DNA of 64,000 nucleotides from Bacteroidales bacterium (GTDB lineage: Bacteria > Bacteroidota > Bacteroidia > Bacteroidales > VadinHA17). Under the pieces are notes generated by a model that made no database searches, was not told the origin of the DNA, and worked only from the letters and a program-made list of their open reading frames with translations. A program made the translations under genes and the position numbers. Within the stretch, counting starts at the first letter, position 1. The number at the start of each line of letters is the position of its first letter. The stretch spans positions 282,783 to 346,782 of the forward strand of contig DATKTA010000023.1 of assembly GCA_035531395.1 (NCBI GenBank). Reading direction: 5' to 3'. Shown one piece after another: positions 19,640 through 27,662 of this stretch.

Positions 19640-20883
19640 GAATAAAAGAGAAGGCCTGGTATCCCTGGCTGGTGGTTGGCTTGTTATGGGTTGTAGCCCT
19701 TTTGAATTACACAGACCGCCAGATGCTTTCAACCATGAAATCATCAATCATGGGGGATATCAGCGAGCTTGAAACAGCAGAGAACTTTGGCAGGCTAATG
19801 GCTGTATTCCTCTGGATATACGGACTTATGTCACCGATGGCAGGACTGATTGCTGACCGGATTAACCGAAAATGGCTGATCATCGGAAGTCTGGGAGTAT
19901 GGTCAGGAGTAACTCTTACCATGGGTTTTGCCACAACATTTACTCAACTTTATGTCTTACGTGCAATTATGGGTGTAAGTGAAGCGCTTTACATACCTGC
20001 CGGACTGGCTCTTATTGCTGATTATCACAGGGGTAATACAAGATCGCTGGCTGTCGGGATTCATATGACCGGTTTGTATACAGGGCAGGCGCTTGGAGGA
20101 TTTGGAGCCACTGTTGCCAGTAACTGGTCATGGCAGACGGCATTTCAGGTTTTCGGACTGATAGGAGTTGTTTACTCCATTATACTTATACTGCTGCTTG
20201 GTGAGAAGAGAACAGCTATATTAAGATCAGATAAGCCTGGTTCCATATTTTCAGGTTTCCGCTCGGTAGCCCAAAGCCTGTCAATGCTTGTTGGAAAAAC
20301 CAGCTTCTGGGTTATTATGTTTTATTTTGCCACTCCAAGCTTTCCGGGATGGGGTATTAAGAACTGGCTTCCAACACTGTTTTCAGAAAGTCTGAGTATA
20401 GATATGGCAACAGCGGGGCCTCTGAGTACAATTACAATAGCATTTTCTTCTTTTGTCGGAGTTATAGCCGGAGGTATTTTAGCTGACAGGTGGATTGGAT
20501 TTAATCTGCGTGGCAGAATATATACAAGTGCCATAGGTCTAATGCTTACAATACCGGCTCTTGTTTTCCTCGGATTTGGAAGTGGTTTACCAGGTATTAT
20601 AGGAGGCGGAGTCCTGTTCGGAATTGGGTTTGGCATGTTTGATGCCAACAATATGCCCATTCTATGCCAGTTTATTTCTCCGGGGCATCGGGCAGCCGGT
20701 TACGGTCTGATGAATATGGCAGGAGTATTTGCCGGAGCCCTTGTCACAAAAGGCCTTGGCAAATCAACCGATGCAGGCAGTCTTGGTCCTGACCTTGCCC
20801 TGCTTGCATTACCGGTAGCGGCTGCAGTAATACTACAGCTGATAACTCTTAAGCCAACTGTTACAGATAAAGTTGAGCAGTAA
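19636..20883 (+). CDS. MFS transporter (anion:cation symporter-like)
   Basis: About 12 predicted TM segments are present. LNYTDRQMLS resembles the ACS-family motif. The start overlaps the nanA stop (ATGA at 19636-19639), suggesting translational coupling. Confidence 0.8.
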   Translation: MRIKEKAWYPWLVVGLLWVVALLNYTDRQMLSTMKSSIMGDISELETAENFGRLMAVFLWIYGLMSPMAGLIADRINRKWLIIGSLGVWSGVTLTMGFATTFTQLYVLRAIMGVSEALYIPAGLALIADYHRGNTRSLAVGIHMTGLYTGQALGGFGATVASNWSWQTAFQVFGLIGVVYSIILILLLGEKRTAILRSDKPGSIFSGFRSVAQSLSMLVGKTSFWVIMFYFATPSFPGWGIKNWLPTLFSESLSIDMATAGPLSTITIAFSSFVGVIAGGILADRWIGFNLRGRIYTSAIGLMLTIPALVFLGFGSGLPGIIGGGVLFGIGFGMFDANNMPILCQFISPGHRAAGYGLMNMAGVFAGALVTKGLGKSTDAGSLGPDLALLALPVAAAVILQLITLKPTVTDKVEQ

Positions 20884-20899
20884 TAACCTTATCAATGTT

Positions 20900-23251
20900 C
20901 TAATAAGTGTCCTTTGGTGCTATACCCATCTTAAGTTTAAGGATTCCTCCTTTAACCACTTCCCCGAATGGAATAAATGTTTTATTCAGGTCATTCCCGT
21001 TTAAAGAAAGAGACTGGATGTAAACATTTTCAGGAGAGTTATTCTCTGTTTCAATAATAAACTGTTTGCCAGTATAATATTTATTGTTCAGATTAATTGT
21101 AATCTTATCGAATAACGGACTTCCTATACTAAATGTAGGTTCCAGATCAGTTAATCCTTTAACATCAAACAGGCCTATCCCTGCCATGACAATCCATGCT
21201 CCAAGCTGTCCCTGGTCCTCATCCTGCCCGAATCCATAACCATGTATTCCTTCTGTTCCATAAAAATCCCTGCAGATTGCCCTCACCCATTTCTGGGTTT
21301 TGGATGGAGCTCCTGAGTAATTAAAAAGGAACGATGTGTGCAGGCATGGCTGATTTCCATGATTATATGGTTTTTTAATTCCTGCAAATGCAAATACTTC
21401 TGTGCCTCCTCCGAAAAGATCCTTCCGGGAGATAATGAAGATGCTGTCGAGCCGTGTGTTGAATTCATCCCTGCCAATTTTAGAAATAATACCTTCCGGA
21501 TCATGCGGAACATAAAAAGTGTACTGGTAGGCGTTACCTTCCTGGAATCCGTTGTGAGGTTCTGTGGCATCAAATTCTTCAAAAAACTTACCATTCTCCA
21601 ATTTCGGCCACATCAGCTGGCGAACAGGGTGAAAAATATTTTCCCATCCTTTTGAAAGTCTCATCAGCATTTTGTAGTCTTCTTCCTTGCCAAGGGATTT
21701 TGCCATCTGGGCAACAGCCCATGAAGTATATGAATATTCAAGTGTGTGTGAACATGAGAATCTCCAAAGTTCATCTGAACCCTCACCTTTTTCAATATAA
21801 GGTACATATCCATATTTTACGAATTTACCCACATCCATTTTACCGGCTCCAAATACACGGCCTTCTGATGTGATCTCGTTTTTAAGGGAGGCTTCATATC
21901 CTTTCTCTATATCGAAATCACGAATTCCGCACATATATGCTGCCACTATTGCAAGAGGAACCTGATTGGTCCCGACGCCTGAGACATATTTGCTGTTAGC
22001 AATTCCATCTCCCAGCCATCCGGCATCGCTGTAAACAGTGAGATGAGTTTTGATGAAATCGGTCAGGTATTCCGGATATGCAAGAGCCCATAACTGTATA
22101 AGATTCCACTGTCCTCCCCATATGCCATCAGTATTGTAGAAATTATATTCCGGTTTGTTATCCTTGTCCAGGGGTATCTGGCCTACCGTACCATCATTCC
22201 TGGGATAAGTTCCGTTAACATCACTTGCAAGTCCCCTGCCTTTAAGTGCATGATAAAGTCCGGTGTAAAACTTCACTTTGTCGCTCTGTACTTTGCCTTC
22301 AACTCTTATTCTTCCGAGGTAGGTATTCCAGTTGTTATGAGCCATTTCGCGTGCTTTGTCAAATTCAAGATCAGCGGCTTCTGTTTCAAGGTTCAGTCTG
22401 GCATTTTCAACTGATGTGTATGATAATCCTGCTTTAATGGTTATGCTTTCATCCGCTGAAGTGGAAAATGTAAGATAAAGACCGGCACCAACGCCGGTAG
22501 CTTCATTTTTTCCTGGTTCGATATCAGTTTTGTGGAATATACCGAATGATTCAGGCTTTTTATCAATATCCGCTGAAAAGTACATTTTAACACTTGCTCT
22601 GGTCTGATATTTCTTGACATATTCAGGGTAAGTCTCAACAAATCCTTCAATTCTTCCTTCCGGGGTATAGATTACCCTGGCGTCCTTAACCTCTCCGCTT
22701 TCTCCCTGTTTGTTCCCTATATCAAAAAGTATATGAGAGTCATCTCCGGCAGGGAATGTGTAGCGGTGAAAGCTAACCCTTTTTGTTGAAGTAACTTCGG
22801 CTTTAATATGATAATCTTTAAGCAATACTGAATAGTAACCAGGCTTAAGAATTTCATCTTTCTTATCGAATGCCGATCGATACCCGGTTCCTACTGAATC
22901 AGGATGACCGGGGATTGTTTTAAGTTCGCCATTTGAAGGCATGAATACAACTCCTCCAACCTGGAATTCATGAAAATTCGGGAATCCTTCGATGGAGGTG
23001 TGCCTGAAGTCATAGCCAACAGCTTCCCAACCGTCCAGATTTCCAAGATGGCCGTCGGTGGAAGGCCCTGGTTTGGCAAGGCCAAAGGGATTGCTGCCAG
23101 GTGCAACATGAAACCATCTGCAGTGAGCGGTTCCGATCATCGGATCTACATATTGGGTAAGATCTTCAGCATCATTTATTTTTCCTGTTTTGCAGGATAA
23201 GCCAGAGAACAGGATAATACTCAGGATGAAATATAGTGACAACTTCTTCAT
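20900..23251 (-). CDS. GH92 family alpha-mannosidase-like lipoprotein
   Basis: The lipobox is LFSGLSC. The N-terminal YVDPMIGTAH...GSNPFGLAKPGPST resembles the GH92 signature (VNPFIGT...P.G.vq.sPdT). The 783 aa length fits. Confidence 0.8.
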   Translation of the reverse strand: MKKLSLYFILSIILFSGLSCKTGKINDAEDLTQYVDPMIGTAHCRWFHVAPGSNPFGLAKPGPSTDGHLGNLDGWEAVGYDFRHTSIEGFPNFHEFQVGGVVFMPSNGELKTIPGHPDSVGTGYRSAFDKKDEILKPGYYSVLLKDYHIKAEVTSTKRVSFHRYTFPAGDDSHILFDIGNKQGESGEVKDARVIYTPEGRIEGFVETYPEYVKKYQTRASVKMYFSADIDKKPESFGIFHKTDIEPGKNEATGVGAGLYLTFSTSADESITIKAGLSYTSVENARLNLETEAADLEFDKAREMAHNNWNTYLGRIRVEGKVQSDKVKFYTGLYHALKGRGLASDVNGTYPRNDGTVGQIPLDKDNKPEYNFYNTDGIWGGQWNLIQLWALAYPEYLTDFIKTHLTVYSDAGWLGDGIANSKYVSGVGTNQVPLAIVAAYMCGIRDFDIEKGYEASLKNEITSEGRVFGAGKMDVGKFVKYGYVPYIEKGEGSDELWRFSCSHTLEYSYTSWAVAQMAKSLGKEEDYKMLMRLSKGWENIFHPVRQLMWPKLENGKFFEEFDATEPHNGFQEGNAYQYTFYVPHDPEGIISKIGRDEFNTRLDSIFIISRKDLFGGGTEVFAFAGIKKPYNHGNQPCLHTSFLFNYSGAPSKTQKWVRAICRDFYGTEGIHGYGFGQDEDQGQLGAWIVMAGIGLFDVKGLTDLEPTFSIGSPLFDKITINLNNKYYTGKQFIIETENNSPENVYIQSLSLNGNDLNKTFIPFGEVVKGGILKLKMGIAPKDTY

Positions 23252-23313
23252 AAGAACTGTTTTAGAATTTTTTCCAAATTTAACAGAAATGAGGGGATGT
23301 TCAAAAAAGAGGA

Positions 23314-24117
23314 TTATTTGCGTCCATCTCCTGAACCAGTTTTGTTATTAAGGTACCAGAAGAGAGCCACATCTGCATAGGAATAATTCTCTGTCTTAAA
23401 AAGCTTGGTGTTGAAGTATTTAGTGTCGATCATTAATTCAATTTGTTCAGCACTTTTGTCAATCCCGAAATTGTAGGCTGTAGCAAGAAACTTCAGCTTG
23501 TGAATTTCGTCCATGCTGTTAATCCTGTATTTTTTTTCACATATCTTATAGAAAGCTACTACATAATTGAACTCAGTTTCAGGTTTCTCAAGGTCGACTA
23601 CAATAGATTTTCTGTAGTAGGAAATGCTTTCAAATTCACCAGGCTGCTTAAACCTGATTCCTGACCTTCTTCCAAGGACTGATGGTCCCTCAGAATGTAT
23701 CGTTTCAGCAAAGGACGGTTTTATCTGGTACTGGCCTATTGAGAAGTTTGCATATTGTTCACCAAGGTTAATATAGAGAGCTTTAAGAAGGGTAATCTCC
23801 ATTTTATCGCGCAGGGCAGAATAGCGAACCAGTTCTGGAAAAATAACTGCAATTGCATAATCATAAGGTATTTTATTATGCTCCAGAACCGGTTGCATCC
23901 AGTTTCTGTTGTCTCTTTCAAAAGCGAGAGCCTTGTCCCAGTCAGTGCCGAAAATATTGGAGTAATTTATTGATTGGGATACAGAAGGTAAGGAGATGAT
24001 GAAGTAAAGAACTAAAGATACCAGCAACTTCAGTATCAGTAAAAGTATATTCTTCTTTGCCGGTTCAGCCCCCCGGGCCCCCTGAAGGGGGGTAAATTCT
24101 GAAGTTCTTTTATTCAT
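23314..24117 (-). CDS. Hypothetical membrane-anchored protein, possibly a distant lytic-transglycosylase-like fold
   Basis: An N-terminal TM segment (ILLLILKLLVSLVLYFIISL) is present. FPELVRYS...FSIGQYQIKPSFAE loosely resembles the SLT pattern E-S...GLMQI-P. Codons 8-17 are formed by a G/C-run repeat element. This call is weak. Confidence 0.35.
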   Translation of the reverse strand: MNKRTSEFTPLQGARGAEPAKKNILLLILKLLVSLVLYFIISLPSVSQSINYSNIFGTDWDKALAFERDNRNWMQPVLEHNKIPYDYAIAVIFPELVRYSALRDKMEITLLKALYINLGEQYANFSIGQYQIKPSFAETIHSEGPSVLGRRSGIRFKQPGEFESISYYRKSIVVDLEKPETEFNYVVAFYKICEKKYRINSMDEIHKLKFLATAYNFGIDKSAEQIELMIDTKYFNTKLFKTENYSYADVALFWYLNNKTGSGDGRK

Positions 24118-24188
24118 TTTCTAATGAATTGGCTGTCTTTCAGGGAGGATGGAGGGCTTTATTTAATGAGAAGATTTTTCAATCTTTC

Positions 24189-25247
24189 TCAAAATGGTAG
24201 TTTGCACTGTAATATAGAATTCTTCTTTGGAGAATAATACATATAGGCAAGGTAAATTTTACCTTCCACTTTTACCAGATGAGGATTAAATAGTTCGCTG
24301 AGGGTTGTTTTGTCACTTATATTAAGAGTCCCATACTGATGCCATGCATACTTTGAATTATCAGAGCTGATAAAAAAATCTGCTCCTCCCTGATCAGGGG
24401 TAACGGTATGTATATTGTTTCCTTTCAGGTCTTTAATATCACTGCCAATTGTTAAGAGTATCTCATCATATTTCATTGAACTGTTGAGAGATCCTCCCAT
24501 ATTATTTGTCCAGTCATATGAAATTCCTTCAATGTTTGAAACAAGTTTTGGCACCATTGAGCCGGGTCCGCCTCCCTGTATTATTTTCTGCTGCATGGCG
24601 GCACTGTATTTAAGAGCCAGATCCATCCTCTCCTGGTCATTTTTGGCATTTTTCATAGCCTCATCCATAGCCTTTCCCTGGTCTTCTGTAACAACTACAT
24701 TTTCAATTATCAGAGCGGCAAATTTATCTTTTGACAGTGTAACTGCGAAATTTTGAATCTGGCCATAAGGGCCATAGGTTTTACCTCCGAATGTGATCAG
24801 ATATTTACCGTCTTTTTTAGAAATATATTGTTTGTATTTGTATGTCCATGGATCAACATCTTCAGGAACTTCGTCACTGACCACTTCAAAACTTTTAACT
24901 TGGGGATCTTCACCTTTATAAGGTCCCTGTGTTACACCATCTTTTACAATATAATATTCGTCAGATCCGAAATGTTTAGCAAGCACTCTGCCATCATTTG
25001 AAATGCTGATAGTTAGTTCTTTATAATCGAGCTGCAGTTTGCCTCCCATATCCATCACCATTTCAGGTTTATCACATGCGCATGATGGTTCAGGTTGCTC
25101 TGTTTTTTTGGCGCCTGTTGATGGTGTGGTTCCAATAAGCTCATCGGACATTGCTTTCCCGACCTTTTTCAGAAGTCCCTGTGCATTTACTATTGTTCCG
25201 GCAAAGAAAAAAACCACCAGGATAATGAATAACGATCTTTTCATCAT
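24189..25247 (-). CDS. Hypothetical secreted protein
   Basis: The signal peptide is MMKRSLFIILVVFFFAGTIVNAQG. I recognise no motif. Confidence 0.5.
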   Translation of the reverse strand: MMKRSLFIILVVFFFAGTIVNAQGLLKKVGKAMSDELIGTTPSTGAKKTEQPEPSCACDKPEMVMDMGGKLQLDYKELTISISNDGRVLAKHFGSDEYYIVKDGVTQGPYKGEDPQVKSFEVVSDEVPEDVDPWTYKYKQYISKKDGKYLITFGGKTYGPYGQIQNFAVTLSKDKFAALIIENVVVTEDQGKAMDEAMKNAKNDQERMDLALKYSAAMQQKIIQGGGPGSMVPKLVSNIEGISYDWTNNMGGSLNSSMKYDEILLTIGSDIKDLKGNNIHTVTPDQGGADFFISSDNSKYAWHQYGTLNISDKTTLSELFNPHLVKVEGKIYLAYMYYSPKKNSILQCKLPF

Positions 25248-25278
25248 AATATAATTTTGATTTTAATTGTATGGAGGA

Positions 25279-25366
25279 ACCACACATGATTGAAAATTAA
25301 ATTTCAATCGTGTTTAGCTTCGCTGAGCCCGTAAGCTAGGTTGTGATTGTTGTCAACCATGTGGGT
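25279..25366 (-). ncRNA. Candidate structured 5' leader / cis-regulatory RNA (four-way junction)
   Basis: On the minus-strand RNA, P1 pairs ACCCACAUG with CAUGUGUGGU (9 bp, 1 bulge). P2 is GGUUG-10nt-CAACC. P3 is UAGCUU-12nt-AAGCUA. P4 is GAUUGAAA-6nt-UUUCAAUC. A TAtaTTTG -7-like box lies at 25394-25401 (minus strand), upstream of the structure. The start codon at 25247 is about 30 nt downstream of it. Confidence 0.3.
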
Positions 25367-25444
25367 TTCATATTCAGGTATTTAATTTAGCCCCAAATAT
25401 AAATAGAAGTTTTCGGATCTTTATATGGTCCGGATGCTCACAGT

Positions 25445-26137
25445 TTATCTAAACGCCAGGAGATTCTTCTCAAAGGCCGGAGAGATGAAGTCGGGATCAA
25501 ATACAGGATTCTTATTAATTTCACCTGTTAGGTGGTTAATATAACCTTTTATATACTGATTTGGAAAAAGATAAACAGGTTCACCGTTTTCATTATGGAG
25601 TGGAGCAGATACTGTGAGTATATTTTCGAAGGAGACATTTTTAAGTCCGGACTTTTTTATTTCATTGGTGAAATGGTTAACGGTTTCACTTGATAATGAG
25701 ATGATAACAAGATAATGACCGTAGTACTTCTGGCTGTTATGCTTTATCACCATATCAAGTTTATCTCTTGTAACCGGCACTGCAGTTTTGTAAAATGAAT
25801 TGGCAAATCTAAACCCGACTTTTAGTATATTCCTTGCATCAGCTTCATAGCGGGTGTAATGCATATATATTTTAAGCTTATTATCATTCTCGAGAATAAA
25901 GCTGGTAGTGCTTTCATCAAGGAATTTGTCAGGAGAGTTAAAAGGATACATTCCCGCTTTGTGAATCTCTTTCAGAAATTCCACCATCTCCTCCATGCTC
26001 CTTTTTTTCTCAATCCCCGATAACTTCTTCACTGTTGTTTCAATGAAGATATTTTTTTTTGATAGCTGCATATGCAGCCAGATAACATAACCAAGCAGGA
26101 GAACAATTATAACAGATTCAATAACCTGAAGGGTCAT
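25445..26137 (-). CDS. Hypothetical protein with a single N-terminal TM anchor
   Basis: The N-terminal segment IESVIIVLLLGYVIWL is hydrophobic. I recognise no motif. Confidence 0.5.
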   Translation of the reverse strand: MTLQVIESVIIVLLLGYVIWLHMQLSKKNIFIETTVKKLSGIEKKRSMEEMVEFLKEIHKAGMYPFNSPDKFLDESTTSFILENDNKLKIYMHYTRYEADARNILKVGFRFANSFYKTAVPVTRDKLDMVIKHNSQKYYGHYLVIISLSSETVNHFTNEIKKSGLKNVSFENILTVSAPLHNENGEPVYLFPNQYIKGYINHLTGEINKNPVFDPDFISPAFEKNLLAFR

Positions 26138-26242
26138 TTTAGTCTTATTAGAAAAGGTGAATTCTATAAAGTTATAACAGAATTATCTAGGTTCAAAGAA
26201 AAGAGTAAAAAATTTGAAGGTATATGAAAAGAGCACCCAGGA

Positions 26243-27505
26243 TCAGTAAAACATCATATCATAACCTCTTGAATTGCCAAACCGTGGATTTACAACATTG
26301 TTATAAATTGACCCGAAGGTATATGAAAAGCCGAAATTTGTCCAGAAGCTGAATTGAGTTGCCAGCTCCTTTCGCCTCAAAAGGACCTCTTCTGTTGTGG
26401 CTCCACTTTTTACAAGTCCGAGCTGATCGTGAATCAGCGATGCACCACCTCCTATGTTAAGCGACAGACCCTTTGTAATTCTTAGTTCGCAACGTCCATA
26501 AAGTGAAAGGTTGTTCAGGCTCCAGTCATGAAGATAATTGCTGTATTGAAAGTTCACGTTAACTGAGCCCCATTTCTGCACAACCTCATAAGCTGTTGTG
26601 AATGAATGCTGTAAATGTGATTCCTTTACCTTGTCATAGATTGTTGTATCGATGTAGTGCGAATAATTATAACCTGCAGAATATAGAAGCCGGAGCTGTT
26701 TCCTTGTGGCTTCAGAATAAGGGAATATATCATACTCGATACCGGGCATGGCAATTATTGAATTTTTAAGATTGCTGTAACTGCCTGCCCCATAATTAAT
26801 TGTTCCGCCGTATGACCAGTGATCAGATATGCTTTTTACAATGAGAGAATTCAGGCTCCTCGAGGTGTTCTCACTTGAAATATTCTCATCCTCTATTTCA
26901 AACTTTTCAATGCTGTAACCGTACCTTGCCCTTATGTTAATTTTCCATTTTTCAGTTATTCTGGAAATATTCAGATTACTATTCATGTATGTTGATTCAT
27001 ATAATTTCTCTCCGTTCAGGTATCCGTTCAGTGAGATCCTGAACACCCAGTTATCCCATTTATCAGTGGAGACTTTCTCTGAGATGGGCTTGGTGAAGTT
27101 TATTTTAAGATAATCGGCTAGAGGTGTTTTTGCAACATACCTCATCAGCCCCATTTGCAGAGTTCTTACCTCCTTGATCCTGATTTCTTCATCTGTTTCA
27201 TCAGGCCCGGTGGTGAAAGAGAGAGTATCGGCCATCCCCTTGTACTTATTCTGGCCGACAAAAAAGTAAGTGTATTCGCGTCCTCCTGAACCAGTGCGTT
27301 GCCTTGTAGAGATAATATACACTCCTGCGTCATTCAGGTCCCTGACATAATTTATATAAGGAATTTCTGTACGGATGTAATCAGTATTTTCCATATAGAC
27401 ATTAAGGGCATCTTTCCTGATAGCATCCTTTAAAGGTTCAGTTTCCTGTGAAGATACATTTACTGAAAATATTATTAAAGCCAGTAGCAGAAGGTTCCTT
27501 TTCAT
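26243..27505 (-). CDS. Predicted outer-membrane beta-barrel protein (paralog of 33425..34765)
   Basis: A signal peptide is present. The C-terminal half has an alternating aromatic/polar pattern and ends in MMFY. It shares YVRD...GSGG...Y.F.F.G and SYTFGSIYNNVVNPRFGN with the other copy. Confidence 0.55.
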   Translation of the reverse strand: MKRNLLLLALIIFSVNVSSQETEPLKDAIRKDALNVYMENTDYIRTEIPYINYVRDLNDAGVYIISTRQRTGSGGREYTYFFVGQNKYKGMADTLSFTTGPDETDEEIRIKEVRTLQMGLMRYVAKTPLADYLKINFTKPISEKVSTDKWDNWVFRISLNGYLNGEKLYESTYMNSNLNISRITEKWKINIRARYGYSIEKFEIEDENISSENTSRSLNSLIVKSISDHWSYGGTINYGAGSYSNLKNSIIAMPGIEYDIFPYSEATRKQLRLLYSAGYNYSHYIDTTIYDKVKESHLQHSFTTAYEVVQKWGSVNVNFQYSNYLHDWSLNNLSLYGRCELRITKGLSLNIGGGASLIHDQLGLVKSGATTEEVLLRRKELATQFSFWTNFGFSYTFGSIYNNVVNPRFGNSRGYDMMFY

Positions 27506-27585
27506 TTCAGACAGTATGTTAAATGAGGCATAAAGTTATAAAATGAAAACGCCAATGTCAATTGAAAAAGCTGTTTTACAAATAA

Positions 27586-27625
27586 TTATAAAAAAGGAAT
27601 CCGGCACCTGAAGCATAGGTGCCGG
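27586..27625 (-). terminator. Intrinsic terminator of the PspC-PadR-PspC operon
   Basis: The stem is 9 bp, ccggcacct (27601-27609) paired with aggtgccgg (27617-27625), with a 7-nt loop. On the minus strand it is followed by AUUCCUUUUUU. It lies 38 nt past the stop at 27663. Confidence 0.65.
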
Positions 27626-27662
27626 ATGTCATTGAAGATATTGAGGAATGAAAAAACAGGAA

